Shown: positions 12,761 through 26,247 of the stretch, piece by piece | How the letters are laid out: each line of letters starts with the position of its first letter | Numbering within the stretch: position 1 is the first letter of the stretch | From: Cystobasidiomycetes sp. EMM_F5 | Lineage: Eukaryota | Direction of reading: 5' to 3' | NCBI GenBank assembly: GCA_051047955.1 | Contig: JBPGPT010000002.1 | Location: 372,001-436,000, forward strand | DNA: 64,000 bases | The notes under the pieces: model-generated | Told to the model about the DNA's origin: nothing | Seen by the model: only the letters and a program-made list of their open reading frames with translations | The model's database searches: none | Program-made: the position numbers and the translations under genes

Positions 12761-14181
12761 CTAGAACGCTCTTCTTCCATTTCGAATAGCCGACAATTCA
12801 TACTCTCCACCACGCTCGAGGTCCTTCTTCTCCTCGTCGAGCATTCGCTCATCGTCCGAGCCAAAACCCTTTCCCGGCCCATTGACACCGTCCACAGAGT
12901 TGGCATACGACGTATCAATGTGCACTTGGACCTCTCGCTCGACTTGGACGTTGCCATCAAAGGCATTGCCAGCTCCGAGGCCGTTTGCTGCAGCGCCAGT
13001 GTCATTCTGCGGTCCGAGTCGGAAAGTACTGATGCCGCCATTGAAGCCAGTCTTGCGAGTCGTTCGTCCGTTATTGCTGGCAGTCATCGAGCTCAGACCG
13101 TCTTCAGAGGCGAAGGGGCGAACGAGCAGACTATCAAGACAAGAAATCAGATTGCTTCACTTTTATGCTGTTACTGACGACTACTTACTTGACAAACAGA
13201 GTCAAAGAATAGGCACGGCCGAGCACATATGAGAATCCGGTGTTGATGTTGGTGGCTTTGGCGAGCAAGAAAGCGGTAAGCATAGATAGAGCGAGTATGG
13301 CAGTAAAGGCACCCGTCTCCCTATATGAATTATAAAGTCGTCATCAATCCTGCTCCGCACCCCATTCCAGCAGCCATACTCACGCAGCGTTAATCATTAG
13401 CTTCTTTAGCAGATTTTGAGTTTCTTGGAAATTCGTACGGCGGGTGTAGTATGCCAGCTGAATGATGAGCGCGATAGCAATACAAGTGTCGGATGCCGCT
13501 TCAAGTGAGAGCCACGCTGTCCCGATAGCCGTCACTCGGACGCGGTCAGCGAGCGAGGTGTAGATGACCAGGGCAATAGTGGCATAAATGACGGAGATGT
13601 ACTGCGGGAATGATCTCTCAGCCTCTCTGTGGACGGATCGAAGGTAGAGGCAGACTCACGGCACCGAGTACGGGGAGAATGAGGAAGCCAGTGACAATAT
13701 AGTTCTTGGACAGTGTCCAGAAGCGGTGAATTAGGTAGGACTGGCAGATGAGGCTGCCAGACGCAACAGTGTCAGAGGGCGTACATCATCTCGGATGTTG
13801 CTCCATGAAAATACTCACGCCGTCGTCGAGGGCAGCAACACCTGAAGAGCGTAATAGACTGTTCCCTGGCCAATGAATGTGACATCACCAAAGTGAATGA
13901 TGGTGATGAGGTAGACAATGACGCATTGCAGAGCAGTGTTTGCGGTGTCGTTGCAAATCATGAATGCCAGGACAATCTTGAGAATCATAGAGTCCTTCTG
14001 ATAGCGGCGAAAGTAGAGCCACGCGCAACCGAGCTCAACGGCGTACATGGAGCAATTGAACCTGTGCAAGGGAGTCCATGTCAGACAGCGTGTAGGGTAA
14101 ATGACGAGGCCGAGTAACATGCCATGACCCGAGCAGCAGAGGCGCTACATTCTCCCGGAGAATGACATCGAGTCCGGGCAT
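12761..14181 (-). CDS. DUF6534-type basidiomycete ~7-TM membrane protein
   Basis: Spliced product MPGLDV...YAVELGCAWLYFRRYQKD...QSYLIHRFWTLS...AASDTCIAIAL...ETGAFTAILA...LGRAYSLTLFVNLLVR, then a hydrophilic tail. Confidence 0.75.
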
Positions 14182-15583
14182 CGTCTCTGGTGAGACTGCG
14201 ACGGGAGCGGTGGACTGAGGACCATTTGCAGAGTCAGTCGCTGAGTCGACGACGAAGTGTACACAAACGCACCATGTCTGACAAAGTGAGGACACGAGTG
14301 ATGTGCGATTGAGCGAGCGAGTGAACAAATGTGAAGGCAGGGTTGAGAGAGACGCAAGGTGAACAGAGTGCACACTTTGCAGCGACTTGAGCTAAGTCGA
14401 GCTCAGGGGAGTTAGTGTGTGAAACACCTCCTGAGACTTGCGAAAGGAGTTTGGCGGGGGAAGGGGCTGACTAAGCTGAGCTTGCAGGAACTTGTGGACT
14501 CTTTCGCACACCCTTGCACGCTTTGCACGGCGGTTGCGACGGCAGAGCTGCACATCAGCACACACCACTGCACGCCTCGCACGCTGCTGCGTCGTTCTAG
14601 TCCGACTCGCTGTTTCGCAAGACTGGTCGGGTTGCCACTCGCAACACATCTTCTCACAACTGCTCCGGACCTCAAGGCGCGTCTCTGGGACGGCAGCTTG
14701 ACGACTGAGCGAGACAGACCGAAACGGTGCGGGAGGCTAGCGCTGGGTAGGCTAGGCTTATGGCAGCCTTTAGTCAGCCGTGGAGACCATGTCAAACCGG
14801 GCGTGATGCAGGGAGGGAATGGTGTGGTGCTGCACGTCGCAGTGCATGACATCGAGGAAGAATGTAAATAATTTCATGGTTGAGGATTGGGTTTGGGTCA
14901 GTGCAATCAGTTTCAATTGACACTCCGTACTCTTTCTTATATCCATTGCCTCGTTTCAATTGAGTGGCCCGTCACCGCTTCCTTCTCGACCGCTCATGAC
15001 CTGATCCTTTCACATGCTTACCGCCGTGAGAAGCTCGGGAATGTCATGTTTCCAGTTGTGTAAGCGGAGGTGAGAACCGTTGCGAATATGCGGAGCGGCT
15101 TCAAGAAGATTTCGCGACTGGGTGGATACTGCAAGCAACGAGGCTACGGCATGCGACGCGCACACATCCGCACACAGACATATGAAGCATACGCTGTCGA
15201 CGCATGTAAAATTCCTTTTCTCCTATCCTCTGCCTTTACGCGTCGCGTCGAATGGCAGGTCCCGCAACTCGCTCTGTAAGCTAGCGCGGTGTTCAACAAG
15301 AAAACCTGGACTAAGAACTCGCCGCTTACTGCACCGCGACCGTTGACCGAAACCATTCAGTTGCAAGGGCTTGCTGATGCGAAAGCTTACGGTGTCGAAA
15401 ACGTTTGACGCCCCGATTTTATGCAAGATCCGCCGGAATCCCTGACGCGGCAAAGGAGTCCGTTCAGGGATCAAGGCTGACAATCTCACTGCTCGCGTTT
15501 ACGATTTGCCTCACCTCTTCCTTTTCCTCTTTCCTTCTGACTGTCCTCCGCCAGAATTCGGGCTATCGTCAGCATAGCCAGCC

Positions 15584-17656
15584 ATGGATTACCTACCATC
15601 CTATCCCATTATCGCAGGCGCACTCGTCACAGGCTACCTTGCCTATCGGGTTCTCAGCCTCGGTTCTCGCGACAAGGCTTATCCACCTGGTCCAAAGACG
15701 CTCCCTCTGCTCGGTAACGTTCATCTCATTCCGCAAGTGCCTACCGAAAAGCACGTCTACTATGACAAGGTCGCAAAAGAATTTGGCGATGTCTTCAGTC
15801 TCAAGGTAAGTCATTATATGTCTGACTTTGCGCACATGTGCACCATTTGGCTCACTGTGACCCGCTCGCCTCTGCAGCTCTTCAATAAGACGATGGTAGT
15901 CATCAATTCTGCAAAGGCTACCAACGACCTCATGGACAAGCGTAGCCAGTCTTTCAACGGCATGTCCCTCTTTCTTGAAGTGACGATCACGTCACTATCT
16001 GACATGTTGTTATCGCGTAATAATTGCAGACCGACCAGACACTTTCATTCTAGATGGCCACATTGCTCAAGGCAAGCACATTGTACTTACAAACGGCAAG
16101 AAGAATGCAACGTTACGTCGACTGTGGAACCGCGTCCTTGCACCCTCCACCATTCCTCAGCATCAACAGCTGCAAAACGCCGAAGCCAATGCTACCGTAT
16201 TCAATCTGCTTGCCAACCCTTCCGACTTTTACGAAGAGATACAGAGGTACCCGTGCAGTGTCGCGACCGTCCTCTCGTACGGCAAACGTGCCCCTACTTT
16301 CCGAGGAATCGACAAATCAGGCTACTCTTGCAAGGAGTTTTATCGTCTCGATGAAGATTTCTTGAGTGCGTGTGGACTTCTTACTGACGTTCATTCGCGT
16401 AGCTAAGCGTGATTTCACAACAGAGCTGCTCGAAGTAGGTGCGGTACCCATGTTTGATATGGTTCCCATTCTCCAAGTCCTGCCCGGTCCATGGAATGCA
16501 GTCAAGGTCGACGCAAATCGTCTGAAGCGCGAAACGGACGAATTCTTCTGGAAGCAATATACTGAAGTCAAGCGCAAGATGGCAGCAGGTATCAAGACTG
16601 GTTGCTGGCTCGAGTCGAGTAAGTTTATGGCGACTGTTGCAATACTAGTATTGCTGTATTGCCTGATCTGATGTCCGTATTCGACAGTCATTGAGAACAA
16701 TTCCGACAACCTTGCAGAAGATATGCAGAGCTGGCAGGCTGGTATCATGCTGTCTGGCGCATCGTCTACGGCGTGGGTTGAATGTACCAGGACAGGACGA
16801 ACCAGGATCCCGAGCTCACACAGGGGTATACCGCAGCGCAAACACTCTGCTCACCACGATTCTCATTTCTGCCACTCATCCGCGCGCACTCGAGAAGGCA
16901 CAAGCTGAGCTGGACGCTGTGATTGGCCAAGACCGACTACCGACCTACGAGGATATTCAATCCTTACCGTACTGCAAGGCATTCATTCGTGAGATTATCA
17001 GATTCCGACCAACAGCACCTGGTGGATCCCCTCATCTGACAACTCAAGACGAGATTTACAATGGCTACCTCATTCCCAAGGATTCGTACATTGTTGGCAA
17101 TACATGGTCAGCCTGTCCCTGCTCCGTTGATGACCACATGCCGATATGCTAAGTCATCTCATGTAAACAGGGGCATCATGATGGATCCTGAGGCTTTTGA
17201 GAACCCTCTGGACTTTTGGCCGGAACGCTACGTGGCGCACGAATTGGGTCTCAAGGCTTCAGCAGTCGCCAACGGTGCTGCAGAGTACTGGCGCAATACG
17301 TTCCCCTTTGGCGCTGGTCGACGCATCTGTATCGGCTTGCACTTTGCCGAAGTCGAGCTGTTTACCGTCAGTAAGTCAACACAGCCAATCTCTTCGGAAG
17401 ACAAGGACAGTCCTGACGATTAACATCGTGTTTGCGTTTATATGATGTAGTTCCCAAGGTCCTCCATGCATTCAAGTACACTCCTGTTGGCCAGCTCAGC
17501 TTTGACTGGTCTGCATACCTTCAGCGTGGAACGCTGGCAGCGCCCAAGCCGTTTGAATGCGTGATTGAGGCTAGAACTCCAGCACTGGCTGCAGCCATCA
17601 AGAAGGAGTTTGAGGATGTCAAGCCGTACCTCAACAATCTGAACCCGGACATGTGA
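15584..17656 (+). CDS. Cytochrome P450, multi-exon (CYP64-clan/OrdA-like)
   Basis: N-terminal anchor plus PPGPKTLPLLGN; ExxR (IREIIRFRP); WPERY; heme motif FGAGRRICIG. Confidence 0.93.
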
Positions 17657-18174
17657 GAAAATTTTGAGCAAATGGATTGAAGAGAAAACACGAGGGAAAC
17701 GAAATTGGAAACAATGGAGAGACGATATACGATTCTTGATGCTGGCTGGCTTTACGCCCAGCGATATGATTGTTATAGACGAGGTGATTATTTATTTATG
17801 CCGCAAAGCCCATGTCTTTATGATTTCGCTCGTGTCCGTGGCAAGGTAATGCATCGTGACACTCATGAACAAGCAGCTCGATATCAGGACGTTGTGCATT
17901 ATTTCTGCAGATTGCTATGACTCCAAGCTGCTTTCACCCCGCGTGCTGCCTTGTTTACCCGATCACCATACGCCCGGATGGCAAACCTGCGTCATATTCT
18001 GGTTATTTGGGAATGTTGGAGAGTGCATCTGATTTCAGCCCTGGAATCTGGGAATCAAAACAATCTGCAAATTGAATTCCCATAAATACCGAGGATCTGC
18101 CGCTATCTCTCTCTCTCTTTCCCTCCTCATCAGCTTTCTCGTCTAACACTCTCACACCAACTACATCTACAATC

Positions 18175-18705
<531 letters not shown>

Positions 18706-18905
18706 TTGTACCGTCTTGCACACCATCACCTTCGTACTTCTATAGCTCGGTCGGCCGCGTCCGTTGTAGCGATCAGCCTTCCAATATTGTTTCTCTCTTG
18801 TGCATCAATGCCTCTCGACTTTTGCCCGTTGAGTTGGTGCTCAGACTGTTCCTCCCGCAGCGATTTAGTAGCGCTACGTCGCCTAAGCTGATGCAATGAT
18901 GCTGT

Positions 18906-20342
18906 CTACAGAATACCCGGCAGCATGACCCATCTCTTTCGAGGATACTTGTCTCCAAATTCCTGCTTGTACCTCCTATGCTTGCCCTTTGCCCACACAA
19001 TCATTTGCGCTACTCCTACAATAGTAAAGATAGCAGCTGCCTTCCGCCGTCAGTGGCATGCACTTTTGACTGACGAGCTGGACTTACAGAAAGGATCGAG
19101 CGTGAGTGCACAGAACGTCAACCAGCCTACCGTCTCGAAGAAGTAGTTGGGACAGGTAATAATGTTGAAACCGTATCCGTAAGGAATCTCGCGCTTGGTA
19201 GATGCGTCGTCTGGTCGCAGTGACCGGAGAATGATGTGCGTAACGAAGTTGGACGCTTGTGCAAACTAGATTTGGCGTTGTACATTTCAGCTACGGTTAT
19301 CGCGCCTTGGTTGTAAGAAAATAAAACGCACAAGCCACACGCCAACGAGCGGATAGAGATATTCGTCTGTTCCCCGAAGAGTCCCCTTCAACATGATTCT
19401 ACCGTACCATGGCCCGTATAGCGGAGCGGCCAGAAGTAGCCCCGATAGTCCCCAGTAGTGTCCGACACTGTGGCACACTGCTTCAGCACGCTTCGACCTG
19501 GCCGCTGGATACGTCGATTAGCTTACTTCTTCAGTAAATTCGGAAAGACTGGCATAGTCGCCTTTGAGAAGCGGTGTACGCTGTTGTTGGTATGTCAGCA
19601 TAATCCGCCATCACGATAAGGCGGATCTGCCGTACTATAGTGTCTCTAATTCGCGCTTGAGGAAATGCGCCATTACCATGCCGTAAGCCATTCTGAAACC
19701 AAACATATATGCCATCAGCGAAAGACGACCGCGAGTATTACTCTGAATAGATTACAGCTGCATCTTGGAATGTGTGAATGGCCCAACCGTATTGTACGGC
19801 GAAGGGAGAAAGCGGTAGAGGATTTGATGGCCGTAAAAGAAGAACAGTGGATGGATGAAGAGGGGCCCAAAGTACTCTAAAAGGTACTGTTGTGTCGAAG
19901 TCAGATTGAGGATATTTCTGCAGACGATTTTAAACTTACCACTCCACGATATGCTATATTTACGCAAAGATGTCAGTCGTCCCAACAAGCGATTTATCGG
20001 ATATAGTACCTACACATCTGCAGTCCCAGGTCTTTGTAGATCAACGCGTCTCCATCGTGCAGATTCGCATCCGTGAGCGTCTTCTTTGCGTCATTTACGA
20101 GGACAGTCTTCTTGTCGGCCGTCGTCAGTCGAATACGATTGATATTCAACTGCAATGGCGGTCAGTACATCTCCCTATCGTTCGTTCATGAATGGAATCA
20201 CTCTGGTCTTTGCTGCGACTTGCTTGAACAGCTCGCTCGACGTCGCATCACCGGGCAAGGATACGGTAATGGGCTGTGATGATTTTCCGCGACTGTTGAT
20301 GGTGAGCTTCAAGGGTCGCGCGGACGCAGGAACGGGCGGCAT
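18906..20342 (-). CDS. TSC13: Very-long-chain enoyl-CoA reductase (steroid 5-alpha-reductase family), many small exons
   Basis: Ubiquitin-like N-terminus, then KDLGLQMSYRGVYLLEYFGPLFIHP, HFLKRELETLYVHRFSKATMP, GHYW, IPYGYGFNIITCPNYFFE, WAKGKHRRYKQEFGDKYPRKRWVMLPGIL*. Mostly missed by the ORF track. Confidence 0.92.
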
Positions 20343-20487
20343 AATGCAATTGTCGGGAGTGGATGGTTGACAGAGAAGAGAAGACTTGCGTTGGATTGCT
20401 GTCTTCGTGAACCTCGATCACGCGTTATACACTCGGACCGTAGCTACAACAACTCCGACGAGCGCTACTTTCACGCCAACTGGCACA

Positions 20488-21383
20488 ATGTCGCACGATG
20501 GTCACAACCATCCGCACCCGCACCCTGGACAAGCCATGAATATGCCATCGCCCGACGCCGCTGCTGGTGTTCCAGACGAGTTGATTAGGCTGTACAGCGT
20601 GAGTGGGCAGTCCAGATGTGGGATTGAAGATGTTTTGTATGGCTGATGTGGAAATATTGGAATCATGACTTGCTCCTCACACGACCGTCTGCTCAGCTCG
20701 CTATCGACAAAAATGTCGTGACGGACAAGAAAGGAGAGGTCGACCCTGCGGAACTGGGTGCTCTCAACAACATCATCCAGTCACTCATAGGCATCAATGA
20801 CGGTCCACAAGCTCTTCCTCCCGGCATCCCGCAGCAATTCCTCATGACCGAATACATCCCTCCCCCTCCACAGCCCATCCCAAATCTACGCAGTAATCAC
20901 ATTGCGAAAGCGCGAGAGGATGGCAACACCTTTTTCAGAAATCAGAAGTACGCAGATGCCATCAAACACTATACTCTATCTGCGCATCTGAGCGCAACGA
21001 GGCCAACATTCGAGTCTGGACAATACAGTCGCGACGAACTATCTCTGGCCCTGTGCAACAGGAGCGCGGCGTACGCGGCAAAGGGAGAGTATATCGAAGC
21101 GCTCGTAGACGCCAACGCCGTCATTGCTCTGAAACGACCTTTTACAAAAGGCTACTTTCGAAAGGCCAAAGCTTTGGCAGCCCTCGGATGGTATACAGAG
21201 GCAAAAGATGCCCTGCTCTTGGGGCTCGAATTCGAGCCGGCGAATGAGGTGCGTTTCTCATCGTGTCCAGTGCGGGCAGTCCTGACCTGCGTTCTTCTCC
21301 CACAGGACCTGAGCTCAGCTTTAGCGGATCTGGAGAAAAATGCGCCCGGAGCCAAGAAGTTGGCTGCGACGGCAACGACTTGA
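20488..21383 (+). CDS. SEC72: Sec72-like TPR subunit of the Sec63 translocation complex
   Basis: His-rich N-terminus; PPPP..RSNHIAKAREDGNTFFR...RPTFES...RDELSLALCNRSAAY...KGYFRKAKAL TPR repeats; 2 introns. Confidence 0.8.
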
Positions 21384-21673
21384 CAACGATCATTCACGAT
21401 GCCCAGTGATGTATTTGTACGTCAGTAGGGAGGAGACCTGCATGTTGTGACGCTTCCATGTGTGGTATATTCAGCAGTTAGCCCTGCCTCTGATTATAAG
21501 GACCCAAGTGCGGTGAAGCATGCTTGCAACTGCTGTAAGCAAGTTGGTCGTTTTGAGTATGTTGCCCCGCTTGCTTTGTTACAACGAACCGCCTCGATCA
21601 TCGCCCTACTGCCCATCCAAGCTCTGTCCAACCTTTGCCGACCACACACTTTGATCCGTCAACCTCTGCAAGC

Positions 21674-22527
21674 ATGTCTTACGGTGCGCTGCTGTGCATT
21701 AACAAAGTCTACCGAGCTGCGCGAGCTGACAATGTCGCTTGTCTCCCTCTCGGAACTGCAGTCATCGCAGGTGGGCCCATCCAATCTCTTCCGCCAGGGT
21801 ATCGCTGTGGAACGCATGCTGATATCTTCGTTTGCTATATCTTAGGCCGTGCTATCAAGAATGAATACGTAAGCTATCGTCGAATACACGCAGCGCCGTA
21901 GTATCGGAAAAGATCGCATTTGCGAAAGTCTATAGACGGGCAACTGGCTCGCTTTCGGGCTGTCGACCTACCGACGATCCAAACGATGAGGTTGTGTTCT
22001 GGCTTCTAACGTGTCCTTTATCGTCTCTTCAGCTTGCGTTAGGTACCTATGCACTGTGAGTCTTTTGACTAGTCTGCATGCTGCAGCACACACGACTGAC
22101 ATTCTGATATGTGCACAGTACCGGCCTAGGAGCTGTATGCACTATGACTACTTGCTAGAGTTTGCGAAGGAACGCTGAGCCGTTTTGTTAGTTCCTCGCG
22201 ACTCGCGGCGGTGACAAGAAGGAAACTGTTGCTTCGAAATTACCGGCGGCAGCGTCTACTGGCAACTCGTAGGTTCACGCCTTTCTACTATACGTGCCCT
22301 ACTGAGAATTAGTTTTAGTGACGAAGAGTCTTTCATCAAGTCGGTACACTTCCTAGTTCATATTTTCCTTTTCCGCTAAACGTTTGCTCAACGTTCGATC
22401 CTCGCGCAGAGACTTGTGCGTACCACATATTTGTTGGAGTTGTTTATACACTGACTCAATCACCACTCGCAGTGTCAACAAGATGCAAGAAGAGGCTGGC
22501 AAAGTCAAGGAAGCAGTCAAACACTAG
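21674..22527 (+). CDS. ATP19: Mitochondrial ATP synthase subunit k, 9 exons, 79 aa
   Basis: Exons 21674-21683, 21762-21770, 21846-21868, 22033-22055, 22119-22134, 22192-22268, 22319-22339, 22410-22415 and 22473-22527 total 240 nt, all GT-AG, and give MSYVIAGRAIKNEYLALGTYALTGLGAFLATRGGDKKETVASKLPAAASTGNSDEESFIKDFVNKMQEEAGKVKEAVKH*. Confidence 0.85.
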
Positions 22528-22856
22528 AGATGGCAGACATGCTTCGACATCTTTCGTTATTCATCATAGCATAGAGTTACAATGCGTGTCTAGATGTCGA
22601 AAGTCTCGGTTGTGCGATCTCTGCCAATGACGAAAACAGCGTCGTATTGACTACCAAGGTGACGGATAGCCGGTAATCAAATACGAAATGGCAAGCTGGA
22701 AACCAAGACTACCGGAGCATAGGCTGCGAGCACATTGAAGCGATGATCAGTTCCGGGAATTGATACATTCGGCGTTGATGAACGTTACTACCTAACGATT
22801 GCGTGATGCGGCATTACACATGGTATTCTAGCGTCTATAGGTAATCCTGACTACGC

Positions 22857-25800
22857 CTATAGATCTGCTTGCTCCTTTTCGAAGCCTTTGTTTTTGGCCA
22901 AAATGACAAATCCCTCCAAGACGTGGGAGTAGGGGATGAACTCCTCTGTTGCCAATTCTGCTCGTTCGGTATGTCCGAGTCGGACTGGTGTCGAATGAGT
23001 CTGGAAGCCGGATATTGTTCTCGGTTTGCCGGCTTGGCCGACTACATCCACAGCTTGTCCTACACGGACTGTCACCGGTAGAGCTTCGTCTTCCTCATTG
23101 AATGTGATGAGGAATCTCGGGTACATGCTCATCGTCATAAAGTACAGCATCCAGTGCGACTTGTCGAGAACAAATCCTTTTGCATCGGTGAAGGCTACAA
23201 TCGTAGACAGCAGGCCAGCTGCAGCCACAGGTGAAAGCAGTGTCCGATCAGTGTGGAAGGGGTTCACCCCAATCATACCCTTGCCCATGTGAACGAGACC
23301 TTGCGCAACCCGTACCATGAAGAGGCAATCTGGTTCCTTGTAATAGTAGCTCGCCAGCTGCCGTAACATTTGCGCTAAGCGGGCGTTATTTGTGCCGGCT
23401 CCCATTAAGCCCATCGCGTAGATGGCATTAAGAGCGACATCGAGATCGTTGTCGTGCGAATATTTCGAAAGCGTATCGAGAATGGTAAGCTGGACGTTGG
23501 ACGCCGTCAAGAGGCCCAGCGCTAGTGGCACACTTCGTCGAATGACAGGCTCTCCATAGTGCATCTACCAGCGAACGATATTAGCTTCCAGAATTCTGCA
23601 CAGAAACATCGGCTTCATACCAAGTGGTCGAATTGCCGTAAGCTCATCTCCGAACCGATGTCTTCGCCCATCGCGATCACGGCGATACCGATGACTGCGA
23701 ACGCTTGATGCAAGTCACTCTCCTTCTCCGTATCGATATGGTCGTTGAGATGGTGTAGGAGCGTCTGGATCTTGAGGACATTGCCTGTACCCGCGAATGC
23801 ACAGACGTCGACTAGTATTTGGGTGGATTTGGATATTGGGTGCTCGATGGCTTTCAGTGTCTCGATAGTCGCGTCCGAAGCGTCTTGTCTGCCCAGGTAC
23901 AGCAACGCCAAGCCTAAACCCATAAATCTCGCCCACTTCTCGTCAAGATCCTTCTCTTCACGCTCCATCATGGTCTGTAACAGAGACCCAGCTACATCAC
24001 CGTCTGACGAGCCGACAAAGATGAAGCCCAGCGCTAACGATGCCATCGATACGATTTCCATCGAAAGAGCGGTATCTGTCGCGATTGAAAGTAGCTTCTC
24101 CATAACATCCATTCTCCCCGTTCCGGCATAGGCGATGCCCAGTCTGTAGTTATACCTATCAGTCTTGATCTTCCTTCCGATTGTGTCGGAGACTCACGCA
24201 ATAATTGCAGAAACACGTATCGGTATCGAGTTGCTGTCAGAGTGCTCTTCGAGTAGGGCGAATGGGGCATCAATCTCGGTCTTTATGTTGGCGTGCACCA
24301 AGCCAGTGGCAAGAAAAGCGCCAGCTTTGATGTATTCCTCCGTGACTTCAGTGTAAGAATCGATAGTGTTCAAGCCGATATCGGGATCCCATAGGAAGCT
24401 GAGACCTAGCGAAGCCGCGGCAGATAGCATACCGTGATCCTTGTTCTTGTAGATCCAGCTCTGACCAGCCTCGGCTTGCGCCATAAGCTTGTCATTACCA
24501 AAGCCAGCATTCACAAATGCATTGACGAACGTCCCGGCCAGATTCTGCTTTGCCGATTCAATCTGCGTGCTTCCGCCGCCTACACATCAAGCCATGTATG
24601 TCAGCCAATTTCTGCAATTCTGTCGGAAGATAGGCTTCATCGACTCACGAGTGTTCTCTAAATGACTCTTGTAGATATCCTCAAGAGCTCGAGGTTCCAC
24701 CAGACTCAGCTCCTTTCCGAAGTCCTGGAAGTATTTGGACAGCTGGGTGTTGCCGAGAATGTTTACGATATCTTCTTCCACGTCATTATCTGCGCCATGG
24801 AATTGCTGCCGCGCAAGAATGTATGCCAATTGTTTTCGATATGATCTGTGTATACCATCAAATTAAAGCAGCGGCATTAGTACAGAGACGACAGACGCAA
24901 AGCTGAAAGAGGCTCACGCATTCTTCGGACTTGCCAAATCCTCTTTGATCAATTCTACATCGTTCAACCGTAGACTACAGACAATGGCTTGTGAGTATCG
25001 TTCGAACTTGCGGTAGATGTCTCTTGCAGTCTTCAGGAACTCTCGATCATCCGGGGGCACTAATAAGCTGACGCAGCTAGTCATGTAGAGACACACGCGA
25101 GAGTAGGTATTTTCATCGACGAAGGGTATGATGGCTGGGATAGATTCGAGTTCGAGCAGCAGATCTACTGCGTCGGCTTCACCATTGTGGGAGAGTAAGA
25201 ATGGGACCAGGCGGAGAGCGAGAGCATTTAGTTCTTCCGCAGTAAAGCGCGCTGTTGTCGACTCTTCAGTTCGTAGGGTATATTCCTCCTCAATCTCTGC
25301 TGCTAAATGTCGTACGTATTCGTAGCCCCAGGTTCCAGGATCTTCGTCACTTCCACCTTTTAAGCGATAACTGAGCGTTTCCTTCTTTCCGGTATCAGAG
25401 TATGTCATTGCGAGTACGGATAAGATGTCGGCAAAGAGGTTCTTGCTAGCTCCGCCTGTTGATGGCCACTTTTCGTACAATTCTTGGAGTTCGGGATAGT
25501 GAGGTCGTAGGAATTTTAAGGGTTTTGGGACGGAGGTCATGCTTGCTGTACTCGTGCGTATCAGAGTCCGGAGTGATTCCAGCGCTGGTTGATAGAGCGA
25601 TGTATCGGATTCCTAGAGGTGTACAATTGGGAACAGGCATTCGTCAGCGTTTCGAGCATAGTAATCCCAGATCCAACCCGGGCAAGACTGTCATCTTACT
25701 TTTAACCGCTCTACGAGCATTTCTAGCTCTCCTTTGAGCTGTTGGTCCTCCTCAGACTGTTCCAACACCGTCAGTGCCTGATGTGCGATATATCGTACAT

Positions 25801-26003
25801 TCATTAACGCTCACCAGCTCCTCCTCTGCGTCGTCCTTGCCATTGACGACTGTCGGTTTCCCGTCCACGAGCGTAGTGTCCACCCCATTTGGCTTGCCAT
25901 TGCCGTTCTCGTCGCCATCGCTGTCCTGCTGCTTCTTGTCCTTGCGGACTGGGTCCTCTGATGGCACTGGCGCGACTGTGAATGGCACCTCGCCGTCCGC
26001 CAT
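22857..26003 (-). CDS. RPN1: 26S proteasome regulatory subunit Rpn1 (PSMD2)
   Basis: [33 protein letters not shown] repeats and [29 protein letters not shown]. Confidence 0.96.
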
Positions 26004-26247
26004 GTTGACTTGCAAGGCTTCGAATGAGCGTGCAGCAGTATATATCCAGTCAGGTTTATGGCAAGTCTCGCACAAATACAGGGCAACGCGGTTACGCAAG
26101 TCGATCAACCAAATAAATGCGAGTCGTTGCATTGCTTGCTTTGACTACATCATGCTATGGATACTCCTCACTACGCTCATTGTCCGTGTGTACAAGCGGG
26201 TCCTGCTTTTGAAAGGCAGTTTTTGATTTACTAGGTCCCAATCGTGC

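Noticed and set aside
14300..15580. Overlapping ORFs or ncRNA in the DUF6534-P450 divergent intergenic region
   Set aside because: The ORFs have no recognisable motifs or consistent splice pattern. The region looks like promoter and UTR sequence.
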